Shown in pieces: positions 38,425 through 51,640 of a stretch of 64,000 nt of DNA. Position 1 is the stretch's first letter. Every line of letters starts with the position of its first letter. Source of the DNA: Sminthopsis crassicaudata (taxonomy: Eukaryota); assembly GCF_048593235.1 (NCBI RefSeq), contig NC_133617.1, positions 418,852,958 to 418,916,957 of the forward strand, read 5' to 3'. Both the position numbers and the translations under genes were made by a program. Below the pieces are notes generated by a model. The model worked only from the letters and a program-made list of their open reading frames with translations. It ran no database searches and was not told where the DNA came from.

Positions 38425-39078
38425 ATTTTCAGGTTCAAGCTAACTTCCAATCACCATTTTATTAATGGGGGAAGCAGAAATCCAAGATTTCTATTTAAGG
38501 TTAGATTTCCGTTTTAGCAAATATCAATTCCACAATGAATACACATATAAATCAGCAATAAAACCCATTTATCCAATTCCATAGTAAAACAGAAATCAGA
38601 AAACATATACATAGAAGAATACATATTAGTTAATCCAGAGTAAAGAAGCTCTCTCATCGAGAGCAGGGTAACTCAGGTCAATTAAGAGAGAGCATCCCAG
38701 ATTTCACCTAAGAGGAAAATCTCAAAGTCTCTAGCATAATAAACTCTGAAGATAGGGAGAGTATGGGGATTACCAACTTCTCTCAGATTATTCCTAGAAT
38801 CTTATTTTCCCTTCAGTATCCTGAAGTGGGGTATTTTCTATTTTCTTTCTCAAAGATGGAAGCCAGAAATGCTTGAAGCAACTGCAAAACCCAAAGTCCT
38901 TAAAGATATTCAAAGCAATAGAAAGAAAGAAAAGAGATTGCCAAGCTGGAAGTGACTGAAGAGCAAATTCTCTCCTGTTCTCACTAACTCTGCCCTGTCC
39001 CTCAAGCAGGTTTGGGGTTTTGGTCTTCATCAATGAGAGCAGAGTCCCATATCAATGGGCTTTGGGACTCAGGCTACA
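38425..39078 (-). mobile_element. Possible solo LTR
   Basis: Starts TG and ends CA, has TTTATT near the left end, and interrupts the L3. No convincing TSD. Confidence 0.35.
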
Positions 39079-40139
39079 TGTGTATCAAGATAAAACTATA
39101 GATACAATTTATCTAAATTTTAGAGAAGCATTGATACAACTTTACTGGAAAAATGGAGAGTTGGTGGACTAGATTATAGCACAATTGGATGGATTCAGAA
39201 TTAGTTTAATGGCTATATCCAAAAGATTGTTCTTAGAGGTTTGATGTCAGCATGAAGGAAGGGTTCCAGCAGAGCACTCCAGGACTCAGCATTTATTTCG
39301 GTGCTATTTTATATTTTTATTAACTTTGTAGAGATTTATTAATTTGGTAGATGATCCTAAACTGGATGACAAAGACAGGATGTATAGATCATAAGATTTA
39401 GAGCTGAAAGGGCACATCTAATCCGACTGCCTCTTTTACAGATGGAGAAACTGAAGCCCTGAGAAATGGAGTGACTGGTTCAATTGGGTCAAGTAGGTGG
39501 TAAGTGCCAGTGTAAAGAAAAAGACCCATCTTCAAGGACTCCAGAACCAATTCTCTTTTTATTGTTTGTTGATTTAGGTGCTGCTAACTCCTGTACTGCT
39601 CAGACCACATATGAAATAATTATGTTCAGAACTTGATGCCATGTTTTAGGAAGAACATTAAAAAGCTGGTGAGCTTCAGAGTTAGACCAACCAGTATAAT
39701 GAAGTGCCTCATGTTCAGGCCTATCTTCTCTCTCTCCCATTCCCTCTCTCTTAATAGAATATAAAAACTTGACAACAGAGAATATTTCATATTTGTCTTT
39801 GTATTATCAGGATCTTGCATTGTTTCTAACAAGTATTTAATAAATGCTAAGTGAATGAAGAATGAATAATTAATTGAAAGAACTGAGATATATAACTTGG
39901 AGAAGATATAGGAGGGACATAATTAATATCTCTAAATATTTGGAGAGCTGTTGCTTAGAAGATGAACTAGATATATTTAGTTTGGCCTCATAAAGCAGAA
40001 ATAGGAATGAATGAGTAAACATTGTAGATAGGAAAATTTAAGTTTGATATGAAAAAATCTCCCTAACCATTAGAACTATACTGAGGCTCTGAATTCAGTT
40101 TGAATGTGACCCTGAGCAAGTCACTTAATCCTGATTACC

Positions 40140-40293
40140 TTTATTTTATTTATTTTTCCTGAGGCAATTGGGATTAAGTGACTTGCCCAGTATCACACAG
40201 CTAGGAAGTATGACGTATCTGATTCTGGATTTGAACTCAGGTCCTCCTGACTTCAAGGCCAGTGTTCTATCCACTGTGCCATCTACTTGTCTC
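40140..40293 (-). mobile_element. WSINE1-type SINE
   Basis: Reverse complement of the 2486 element type, with a T-rich tail. Confidence 0.8.
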
Positions 40294-40329
40294 CACCCCA
40301 ATTACCTTTTTTTTAAATATTGTTTTATT

Positions 40330-40855
40330 TTTTCTGCTTACATATTAGTTTTTAATTTTTAAAAAAATATACATTTCTTTATGAGTTGTGTGGGGAGAGA
40401 AAAATCAGAACAAAAGGAACACCACAAGAGAAATAAACAGAAAAAAATAAAAAATGAACATAGCATGTGTTGATTTACTACATTCAGTCTCCATAGTTCT
40501 CTCTCTGGATTGAGATGGCATTTTCCATCCAAAGTTTATTAGGATTGCCTTGAATCACTGAACCTCTGAGAAGAATCAAAACTTTTATAGTTGATCATTG
40601 CACAATCTTGCTCATACTATGTACCATGTATTTCTGGTACTGCTTGATTCATCAGCATCAGTTTGTGTATATCTTTCCAGGTCTTTCTAAAATCACCTTT
40701 TCATCATTTTTTTATAGCACAATTATATTTCATTACCTTCATCCATAACTTATTCAGCCATTCCCTAACTGATGAGCATCTACTCATTTTCTAATTCTTT
40801 GCTACCACAAAAAGAGCTGCAACAAACATTTTTGCACATTTGTCCTTTTCTCTCC
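40330..40855 (-). mobile_element. L1 3' fragment
   Basis: CATTCAGTCTCCATAGTTCTCTCTCTGGAT...CCACAAAAAGAGCTGC..AACATTTTTGCACA, shared with the L1 copies at 54 kb and 58 kb. Confidence 0.75.
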
Positions 40856-41534
40856 TCCAATTAATTAAAAAAAAAAACTATTCCAAAGTGGGATGGGCTG
40901 CCTTTAGAGTAATAGGTTCTCCAATCAATCAACAAGTATTTATTAGTTATCTAGAATGTTTCAGGTTCTGTCTTGTCCTATATCTAAGAATACAAGTACA
41001 AAGAATGAAATAATCTCTTCAAAAGAGTCTGGATGACTATTAGTCAATATATGTCATTAAGGGAATTCTACCAAATGGCTGCTGAGTCTCTTCTAACTTT
41101 GAAATTTGGTAAATTCTTTTAACTTCCTCATTTTATAGATAAAGAAATTATGGCCCAGAGAAGTTTTAAAAGAACTTGCCCAAGGTTAGTGAGGAACCAA
41201 GACTAAGAGCTCATCATCACAGAATCATAGAAAAGCAGAGAGAGAGGCCTTTTGGTTGGTCCTCCAGCACTTCAACAGCATCTTGAGTCACCAGGAACAG
41301 CCCATGTAAGGCTTAGAACTTCCATTCTTAGGTGAGAGTACTAAATTATTTCCCTGTGACCCTCAGCTCCTAAATTCACACACTTTTAAGGGTATCTGCC
41401 ATCTGCTGCTAATGATCTCACAGTTAGGAAAATTTTTAGGAGTTATCTAGAGCAGAATTTCCTTGGAATGATTCTCTTTACTTGCCAAAGCCTCAAAAGA
41501 GCTTAATTTTTGAATTTAAGTCATCATCAAACAC

Positions 41535-42165
41535 TAAAAAACAAAAAGGAAAAAGGACCTGTGTGTACAAAGATATTTATAGCAGTTCTTTTAGTGATGG
41601 CAAAGAATTGGAAATTGAGGGGATGTCCATCAATTGGGTTGTGGCTGAACAAGTGTGGTGTATGATTGTAATGGATTATTACTGTGTCATAAGAAAATGA
41701 TGAGCAGGATGTTTTAAGAAAAAACCTGGAAAGACTTAAATGGATTGATGGAAAGTGAAATGAGTAGAACCAGAACATTGTACATAGCAACAGCAATATT
41801 GTACGAATGATCAACTATAAATCACTCAGCTGTTCTCAGCAATACAATGATTCAAGACAATTCCAAAGGACTCATGATGAAAATGTTATTTATATCCAGA
41901 GAAAGAACTGATGAAGTCTGGATGCAGTTTGAAGTATACTTTAAATTTTTTTTTTTTTGGAGGGAGAGTCCTGTGTTTTCTTTTCACAACTTGACTAATA
42001 TGGAAATGGTTTTTGGTGTGATTGCACATATACATAATCAGTGTCAAACTGTGTGACTTCCTGGAAGGGGGGGAGGGGAAGACAGAATTTGGAAGTTCAA
42101 CATTTTAAAAAACAAATGTTAAAAAAATTTTCATGTAATTGGGGGAAACATTAAATAAAAAGAAG
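41535..42165 (+). mobile_element. L1 3' fragment (older subfamily)
   Basis: ORF2 C-terminal peptide KGKRTCVYKDIYSSSF...YYCVIRK followed by the 3'UTR. Confidence 0.8.
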
Positions 42166-43981
42166 CAAACTAACATTTCAATATACAAAGAGCAAAAAAA
42201 AGTACCTCAAACATGTATTGTTTGATTTTTTTAAAAGGAGTGCAACTTAATGAATCAAGAGCTGCCCTCAGGATTAGGAAGTCTTGTACTCAAGTTCCTC
42301 CTTTGCCAGATATTAGCAATGTGACTCTGGGCAAGCCATTAAATCTCTAGCACTCAAGACAACTCTTTAAGACACTTTAAGACAAGTTAGAGAGAAGACA
42401 TCATCCTACATTAGTACAAGAAGCTTCATACACTAGTGATATAAGTCTGATTTTAAAATTAAAGTGAATAGAACAGTAAAAAAAATTATTATCCTTGTTT
42501 GTGTCTCCTTTTGAAACTTTTCTTCTGTCATTTGTATGGCTTTACTGATGTTCTGTTCTTTTCTTTTTAAATATGTATTCCTTCCCTTGAAGCCTTCCCA
42601 AAGAAATCTTTCTTTGTAACAAATTAGAAGAAATTATAATCAAGAAAAACAAATCAATTGATCATGTCTGAAGATGTGTGTCATATTCTACTCCTATAGT
42701 TCAATCCATCACCTCTCTGCCGAGAAGCAGGAAGCATGTTTCATCACTAGCTTTCTGAAGTCATGACTGATCACTGTTCTGGGTAAAGTTCTGAAGTCTT
42801 TTCCTTAAGAGAGCTGTCTACAGCTTATGTCCTCTGCTTACAGACTTTGAGATGTTTCTCTGCACACTGCTTCTTTTGCGTTATTGATAAACAAATGAAA
42901 TATGATGATTCTAACACCAGCCCTTATCCTTTAAGTATAGCACACTATTTAATCTTCTACCCCTTTATCTCTAAAAGTAGAAGCAGAGACAGATATAAAA
43001 CAAAGAGACAAATCCTAAGTAAGAAAACCCCCATTATGTAAGTTCCACTCTTTTCTTATACTATCACTTCCAGAGTTATGTAATGCTGTTGAGGTTTCCA
43101 GATGTTTTTGAGGAGGCCAGAAAAAGGGGCTGGATGGAATTTACCAGGAACAAGGATGTGGATGTTTTCCTCTGCCTTAGTGAGACTCTGCTTTGGACTC
43201 AGTTTCTCCTCAGAGGTAGAGCAATCCAGGACTCCAAAAACCATAAAATGTCTACGTTTTGTTTTCTTTTTTAGGTGGTAAAACTAGAAACAATCTTTAT
43301 GATCAATTGCTTCAACTTCTCACTTTAGATATGAAAAGACTGAAGCTGGAGCTGGAAGGGATCTTGGAAATCACTGAATTTGACCCACCCAAGACCTTCC
43401 TCTGAAATTCTCTTGATAAGGTTAGCTCTTAATCAAAGTTAACTCCTTGCTCTAGATGCCCATTGGAGCAATAGCACAGTTAAGGATAAATGATTGAGCC
43501 ATGGTTAATAATATAGCTGAGTTAGGGAAAATTATGACAGACAAAAGAAAACTGCAGATGACTCCAATTCCTTGGAAGCCTCTTTGACCAAGTGTCTTGT
43601 TCAAGGAATAAAATGCTATCAATAAACCATGTGACAGCCCCCTTCTTTCTTAAGAAAGGAGAGTATTGGAGGTCAAGAGACAGTAGCAAATAGAGGAATC
43701 AGAACAGAATGAAAAATTCACAGGCTAAACCAAAAGAGTTAAGGAATTCAAACCAAAGCAACAGTGGAGGAGGAGTTGAAAGTTATGGAGGAGTTTCTGA
43801 ACAAAGAGAAAAATTCTGGGATTTCTGGTCCTCCTGGACATAGAAGAGTTCCTTTATCAAGTCTCCTAAAGAGAGGTTTCTGGATAATTCCTAGTTCCTG
43901 GATCCAGTGAGGAATTCTTAGACTAAATGATAGCTACATATAGAGAAGCCAACTTGTATTTTGCTCTTCACTGATCTTATA

Positions 43982-44357
43982 CAGTTATCTCTTCCACATA
44001 TTGACTTTACCCATCAAGGTTTTGATATACCTCTATCACAGATTACCATAAGAAATTAAATGGGAATTTTGAGGGCGTTTTAAGGAAAGTTGGAAGTTGC
44101 AGATGACATGCAAAGACCAGTAGATGAGACAGAAAAAATTTAGAACCTCAGAAATGCATAAAATATATATATAATATTATATAACAAGAATCCATATTTT
44201 GTAAAAAGGGTATTGTAAACACCCCATAAAAGAATAATAATAATAAAAAAATTAGATTCTTGTGATACAAAAGGCAGCCAAACATTTTTTTATGTGGATT
44301 TTCCAGATTTCAGGGAATGTCATGCCCATAACTCCTGAGATCTGGAAAAGATAACTG
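43982..44357. mobile_element. Tigger/Tc1-mariner-type MITE
   Basis: TIRs CAGTTATCTCTTCCAC and CTGGAAAAGATAACTG (14/16 complementary), flanked by TA on both sides. Confidence 0.8.
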
Positions 44358-46654
44358 TAAATTATGCAGATTGTTCTGGTGGGAAGTAGGGGAGAAAGAG
44401 AAGCTTGACTCTTTTATCCCTGAGTTCCAAACATGGTAGGATGAATGTAACTCTCTGCTCAAAGCCCATTAGCACACTTTTCTCATAAGTAGAGTTTTAT
44501 TATTCAATGTCCCAATCTGCACAAAGAAAGACTTGTTGAGAGTGTGAGAAAAGAGAGATTTTTAGACTTTAATTTTTGAAACAGAGGACACATAGTTGCA
44601 TGTATACTGGAGGTCCCTGAGGAGAGAGAAAGACTAAGAAAAAGCTGACATGTAAAGGAGCCAGAACCCTCATACTGTCCCTATCCCCAGATATTAGGGA
44701 ATTTTCTGGTGGATGAGATTTAGGACTCTCTTACTCCCAGGGAGAGAGCTCATTCACTCTCTGTATTGTTTGGTATATATACTCATCTGTATATTTTCTG
44801 ATTTTTATTTGCTGTTGGCTTGGATGAGTGGGTTTATTTGCTATTTGCTACATATGGTCTTTGTGGAACTGGCATTTACTAAGGTCTTAGCTCCTGTGCC
44901 AAATCTGGATTTTTCTAGTAGAAACCCTAGGTGGAAGCAAATATGAGTCAAATTCTGATATTCTCTTGCATGGGGAACATGAATATAATTTTTGAGACCT
45001 TTCTGAGCATGAACATAATTTTTGAGATCTTTCCTCCCACCTCTCAGGAAATCTAGTTTCAATAATTATTATTATATACACTTAAGGAAGCAGAGATATG
45101 GAAGAAAATGACTTGGGGTGACTGGTAGAAGACTTCAAGTCTTCTGAGTCCCAGTCTAGTATTCTTAAATTACACCACAATGTCAACTGAATTTTAACTC
45201 AGACTTTGCTTCCTCTGGGTCTCAGATTCCCTAACATATTACTTTCAGAAACTTCCCCAACCAGACCAGATGGACTAATGGTGTCTAAGGCAGGAATGTC
45301 TTGACATGTGTCTGACAGATGATGGGGTTGGGGAGGGGCAGAGGGGAAGAGGAGAAGAATTCTGTTCACTCAAGCAGGAAAAAACCATGCTTCTTTCGCC
45401 CTTCTCCTTTCCACTTCATACACAAACTAACACAGACGTGGGTCCTGGTCTTGAAAGAAGTTCTCTCAGCACATTCCTTCCCTTCTCAATGCCTGGCATC
45501 TGAACACTGACATTGATCTCTCTCCCCACACACCTTTTATCTCCCAAGGGGGCCCCTGAACTAAGTCTCTCAAGACTCCTGTGTTCTCTGGAGAAGAATA
45601 GAATTTATATACTGGCTCCAAATCTATTATTTGTGGAGTTAAGAACAGAGAGACAATGGAGATATTCTGTCTGCCTTTTGATGTGGTGATAGAAGATTTG
45701 GCATAGGAGAACTATAAATGCAGACTGACAATTCCTCTGCAGCTTAGAGAAGGACCCTAGAAATAGTGGGAAATAGATTTTCTGTTCACTCTGCTCTGCA
45801 ATTAATAATCTTACATAATGGCCAGATATACTGAGACTAAGTGATTTGATGCAGGTCATGCAGGTTAACTGCATACATGGAAGGGACGATCATCTACTTC
45901 TACACTTATTTCTACAAGAGTACCGCAATCCTTCCACTCCTTATCAGTACCACTATTATTTCTAGTACCACTATCAATTCTACAATTATTTCTACACAAT
46001 TCTTCCAGTCCTCATTAGAGATTTTCTAATTACAGGGATTAGAGCACTAAGGGACTTTAGAAATCCAGTCTCCCTCTCCTGGGGCTAGAACTGGGTCTCC
46101 TGATGATTGAAAATTGTCATTTAATATCCTCCTAATGGGTATCCTTGATTCATCTCTCAGACAGCTAAAAAAATGATTTTCCTAAAACACAGGTATGAGT
46201 GTATCCCTTCTTTAATTCAACAAATTCTAATGGCTCTCCATTTGTTACCTTTAGATTTAAATATAAGCTCCTTGTTTGGATTCTAAAGTCCTTTCCAGAT
46301 GGCCTTGCTGCTTGGATTGTTCCCTAAGTCAGGAAGCCCCTTTCCCCTCTCCTCTTGCATTGGGAACCCCATTAGACTAAGGCCAAAAACTGACTATTGA
46401 AAAGAAAACTCTTTTTTTTTTTTTTTTTTTTTAACCCTGATTAAGAAGGCAAAACCCAGGACAAAGAGAATTAAAACAAGTTGATTGGCAGATCATTGGA
46501 GATCAGCAATGGCTTAAAAGTGGGGACCACCTTTTTATTGATAACTTTCGTAATGAGTTAAAGACAATTTAGATAGGTCAATACCAGCAAAAGAGGTTGG
46601 ATCCCTGCATCTCAGTTCCTCCCAAAGATAGCAAGTACATGACAATTTGCAGGT

Positions 46655-47530
46655 AGGGGTTGTTGTTTGTCCTTCATTTCAAAGAGGACCAGTGACATCA
46701 TGGGGTAATGTCTTGACTTGTATATGAATTAGATTTAAGTGGGTAGACTTGCAAAAAGTTATCAATCTCACTCTTTCTTCTGACTCAAGAAGGTCCAGTG
46801 GCAAGGCTAAAGGCAAGATGACTGGCAGTGATTGATATCTGACCAAGCTCTAAGCACTCCTGCTGCTGCCACTTTCATGCCAATTGGAACAAATTATTCT
46901 CATCTGCTCTTTATGCCTCAGAAAATCTTCACGTGCTTTGGACAGATTCCCCCCAACTGATGTGAGGTTTGAATGTTTAAAGCATGATGGTATCATAACT
47001 CAACATGGTTTAGCCCGTCTGTGGAAAAGGTTTATTGGGGTATGGCCACTGGGTGTGTGACAGCTTCTCGGAGCCAGCCATCCATAAGCACTGGATAAAG
47101 GTGGACACCAAAGGTGGATGAGCAGCCGGAGAAGGAATTAGCCAAGCTCACACCAGAGGGGCTAGTTCTCCCTGAGCACCCCCTATGCCCACAGGTAGTG
47201 CAGGTAGTGACAAAGATGAAAAGCAGGTTGAATAAGGAGCTACAGGCTTAGTGTGGCTTCCCCCAACACGGGGTCACTGAGTTAATGTGACTTTCAGTAA
47301 TTCTGTCCTGAATCTGCTATTGCCATCACTGAAAGCAAGAAGGAAGAAAAAACCACATCTTTAACTATTGATCCTTTGCTCAAAGGATTGCTAAAACCTC
47401 CCAAGATTTCCTTCTTAAACCCAAAGCACTTTGGCTCTCATTGACTGGCCAACAAAAGGTCCCAGGTCAAGCCACATACAGGGCCATCTCCAGTTGTCCT
47501 GTTCTGTATCTTGCCATTGGACTAGGGGAT
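46655..47530 (-). mobile_element. RTE-related SINE/LINE fragments (WALLSI/RTESINE-like)
   Basis: GTTGTTGTTTGTCCTTCATTTC.AAGAGGACC.GTGACATC, GGATAAAGGTGGACACCAAAGGTGGATGAGCAGCC and CAGGGCCATCTCCAGTTGTCCTG are marsupial RTE-family hallmarks, from recall. Confidence 0.55.
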
Positions 47531-48416
47531 AGCCAGTGTGAAGTACTGGATTCCAGAAATGGAGAGTCTTGTGTAAGGTACAGCAAGTAGATAAGGATGG
47601 GAGAGTTCATGGAAGACAGAAAAGTATAAGAAGACTGGAAAGATAGAAAAAGCCAGGTGATAAAAGGTTTTAAATGCCAAATAAAGGATTTCCATATTTG
47701 ATCCTGGAAGTAATAGGGAACAACTTACATTTAATGTGTGTGAGTATGTCTATGTATGGGGGGATGGGAAGAGTATAACATCATCACAACTGAAATTTAG
47801 GAAAATCACTTTACAGCCACGTGAGGAGGATGAATTCTGGAGTAGGGAGACACTTGAGGGAAGGAAACTAGTTGGAAAGCTTTTGTACCCATTTTGCAAC
47901 CAACTAGTTATGGTATATGAATGTGATGGGTTATTGTGTCTTGGGAAGACCTTTATGGACTGAAACAAAAGGAAGTGGGCAGAATCAAGAAAAAAATTCA
48001 TTTAGTAACAATGATACTATTAAGACAAGCAACTTTGAAAGACTTAGGAAATCTTTATAGCCACACAATGGAACCAACCATAGTTCCAAAAGCTCATACT
48101 GAAATATGCTATCTGCCTATAAATAGAGAGCTGATAGACTCAGTGTAGATAGAATATATGTGTATGTATATATGTATATGTATTTGTGTGTATATGCATG
48201 TAAACATATACAGAGAGAAGTAAGAAAGGGGGTGGAGAGAGAAAGGGGGGAAAGTAGAAAGGAGAGAGAGAAAGAGAGAGAGAGGGGGGGGGAAGGAGAG
48301 GAGAGGAGAAGAGAAAAAGGAGAAGGAAGGAGAGGAGAGGAGAAAGAGGAGACTTGGTGCATTGGATAGATTGCAGGCCTAGAGTCTTCCTCAATTCAAA
48401 TCTGGCCTTAGATACT

Positions 48417-48550
48417 NNNNNNNNNNNNNNNNNNNNNNNNNNNNNNNNNNNNNNNNNNNNNNNNNNNNNNNNNNNNNNNNNNNNNNNNNNNNNNNNNNNN
48501 NNNNNNNNNNNNNNNNNNNNNNNNNNNNNNNNNNNNNNNNNNNNNNNNNN
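48417..48550. other. Assembly gap (134 N) inside a MAR1-type SINE (about 48350-48630), next to TA/GA low-complexity sequence at 48160-48350
   Basis: N run with a SINE head on the left and the TTTGCCAAGAAAACC tail on the right. Confidence 0.9.
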
Positions 48551-49149
48551 TGCAAAGTGCTCTTTCTTTGCCAAGAAAACCTCAAATGGAATCATAAAAA
48601 GTTGGTCAAGGTTGAAAATTACTAAATAACAATGTATGAGGCAATTTATTTTACTTGACTATACATATTCATAGTGCTTTTCTTGTTTTCTCAATGGATG
48701 GAGGAGACAGGAGAGAATTTAAAATAAAATACTATTTTTTAAAAAGACTACTTTTGTAGTAGTTTAGTGTAGTCAAAAGATGACAAGGACCTCCATAAAG
48801 GCAATACCTTTGTGAGTGAAGAGAAGGTAACATTTAAAAGATATTATAAAGGTAGAAATGTCAAGATACCAACAGAATATAACTATGGTAAATGAGTAAT
48901 TGAGGAGTTGAAGATAATTTTGAGGTTGCAAAATTGAGTGATTGAATGGAAATTAATAGAAAAGGTGGATGTTATTTCTAATAGTGGTGGTAGTGTTTGA
49001 CCAATAAACAAGCTTTTTATACCTACTATGCACCAACCATTGTATATTAGGTGCTGAAAGGTAAAAATGAAACATTCCTCATCTTCAAGGAGTTTACAAA
49101 TGTAATTTAGGTAAGATATTCATCTTTCTATCCAAAATAAAAATAGTTT

Positions 49150-49375
49150 TTGTTGTGTAGTTCTGTCCAGCTTTTTGATCCCATTGAGGTTTTCTTGGCA
49201 AAGATATTGGAGTGGTTTGCAGTTTTGTTCTCCATTTTACAGATGAGGAAACTGAAGCAGAGTTAAGTGACTTGCCTAGGGTTACACAGCTAGTAAGTTT
49301 CTGAGGTCGTATTTGAACTCAGGAAAATTAGTTTTCCAGGACCTGTACTCTGGGCACTGTGGTGCCACCTAGATG
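49150..49375 (-). mobile_element. MAR1-type SINE
   Basis: TTTTCTTGGCAAAGATATTGGAGTGGTTTGC...ACAGATGAGGAAACTGAAG...CACTGTGGTGCCACCTAG. Confidence 0.8.
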
Positions 49376-51304
49376 TTCCAATTTTTGTAGAGAAAAGCTG
49401 AATTTTAAATGAAATAAGGGATTTTAAAGTGGTGTGGAGCCAAGTCAACAAGCATTTATTAACTGCTCACTGTTTTCAAGGCATTGTACTAAATATTGGA
49501 ATGAAAAGAAAGGAAAAGCCAGTTTTTGGCCTTAGTCTAATGGGGCTCTCAATGCAAAAAGGAGGGAAAAGGGGTTTCCTGGCTTAGGGACAAGGCCATC
49601 TGGGAAGGGCTTTAGAATCCAAACCAAGGAGCTTTTATTTGAATGTAAAGGTAACAAATGTAAAGGTAACAAATTTGTTGAATAAAGAAGGGATACAGTC
49701 AGACCTGTGCTTTAGGAAAATCATTTTTTTAAGCTGTCTGAGAGATGAATCAAGGATACCCATTAGGAGGATATTAAGTGATAAGATCTGGCAATTGATT
49801 GAACTATGGGCTTAGTTAGGGAGAGGGAAAAGTTAAGGACAATACCAAACTCCATGAGAACAGGAGGACTGTGGAGCTCTCCTCAGAAATGAGTAGAAGT
49901 AAGATGTGATTATCTAGGATGATTGATTGAGTGCCTGTTGTGGCCAGACAGAATCATTTGCATCTGGAAGATGAGAGCAGGACCTGGGGCTCCTCCCTTA
50001 CATCAGTTTTTGTTTTTCTGGTCACAGTCCAGAGGTTTCTGACGCCAGTCCCTTCCCCTTCCTTCTTCCACCTCCCAACTAGTGATATTTGATCTTTATG
50101 GATCATTTGGGGTTCCCAGCTCCCATGGCCTACCTGCTTCAGAGAGTTGGGATAGCAGTGGGGGGGAACAGGGGTCTGGGACTTTCCATCTCCAGCTCAG
50201 CCAATGTAGAGTCATTCAGGGATAGGATGCCAATACTACCCACCCTCAAAGGCCTTCTTAGAATCTGACTTAATTAAAACCAAATCCATTTCCATTTGTT
50301 CTAACTCAAATCTAACTATTAAAAAATTTTTTTTCACTTAAGGCCCAAATCCACTTTAACTCATTTGCACAAAACAATCTTTTGGCTAATTTGAAAACAA
50401 CTATCAGTTCTCTTCTAATTCTTCACTGTGTTCTTATAAAGTAGGTAACATTGGAGTTGCCTTCTGGAGGGGCTCCAATTTGCCAATGACCCTTTTAAAA
50501 TATGGTGGCCAGAACTGAACACAATACTTCAGGGCAGTGAGATTATTGGCCCTTGGCCTAATCACTTGACTAAGTACTAGTTAACATCCAGAAGAGAGCT
50601 CTCAGGATGGTGAGGGATTAGAATTATTTTTCATGGGTAGACACTAGAATCAATATGGGGAAGTTACAGGGAGATGTATTTCTATTTAGTATAGGAAATA
50701 TGACACATGGTAAAGAAAAGAACTAGATCAGGGGAGCTACTTATTTCCACTTCCACTGCTAACTTGCTCTGGATGACTTTAGGCAAATCACTGAATTTTT
50801 AAGGGGAGAAGGGGTCTCAATTTCCTCTTTTAAAGAAATAAGAGGTTAAAGAAAATGATGTGGGACTTTTTGAGATTCTGGAAAAACTAGGTTCTGGTCC
50901 CAGCTTTGCTTGTATTTCAGTATCTGACCACTGGGGAAATTTTTTACTACATTCTGTGGCTTATTTCCTCAACTGCAAAATGAAGAGATTAAGCTAAATA
51001 TTTAGAATCCTTCTGGCCGGCTCCTCTTATATTCTTCCTTATATCATCCTTATGTTCCTCCGAGGCTAGCTAAATCCTGACCTAGTTTGCCCTAAGCTCA
51101 AATCTTATCTCAGATATTCATTTATTTCAATTACTTATATTAAGCAAGTTACTTAATATCCGTCTGCCTTAGTTTCCACATCTGTAAAAGGAGGATTGTT
51201 GGGAGGATAGAATGAGAGAATACTTGTAAAGCTCTTTGGATTTCTTGCGGCTTTTTTTTTTTCCTGTTCTTTCAGTTTCTCTTCTCTTCCCCTTTCTGTT
51301 CAAA

Positions 51305-51640
51305 CTCATTTTTTAGCTTTTTATTTTCAAAATATATGCATAGTTTTCAATGTTCACCCTTGCAAAAATCTTGTGTTCTGAATTTTTTCTCCCTCCCTTT
51401 CTCCCACTCCCTTCCCTAGATGGCAAGTAATCGAATATATGTTAAACGTGCACAATTCTTCTACACTTCTTTCCACATTTGTCATGCTGCACAAGAAAAG
51501 TCAGACCAAAAAGGAAAAAATGAGAAAGGAAAAAAAAGCAAGCAAACAACAAAAAGGTGAAAATACTATGTTGTGATCCAAATTTAGTTCCCATAGTCCT
51601 CTCTCTGAATGCATATGGCTCCATCACAAGTCTATGTCCA
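51305..51640 (-). mobile_element. L1 3'UTR fragment
   Basis: TCAAAATATATGCATAG..CCCCTAGATGGCAAGTAATC..AAAAGGTGAAAATACTATGTTGTGATCCA, shared with the copy starting near 53925. Confidence 0.75.

Larger units (their letters stand above)
35440..41110 (+). mobile_element. Fragmented ancient L3/CR1 LINE (pieces about 35440-36535, 37090-37330, 37490-37570, 39080-39370, 39800-40085, 40880-41110) with nested younger insertions
   Basis: Decayed CR1 ORF2 landmarks occur in order: endonuclease-like region, AAACTATAGGCCAG (NYRP), CAAACAGGCAGCGTGATTTCATCAAGAACAGATCATGC, the GVPQG-like region near 39260-39290, then the L3 3' end. Confidence 0.65.

Noticed and set aside
43560-45080. Possible LTR/ERV-like sequence, with a 30-bp diverged tandem pair near 44978-45037
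   Set aside because: No clear termini or TSD, so it cannot be classified by eye.
45880-46010. Degenerate CTAC/TTTCTA short repeats
   Set aside because: Ordinary decayed simple sequence; no repeat-spacer regularity, not CRISPR-like.
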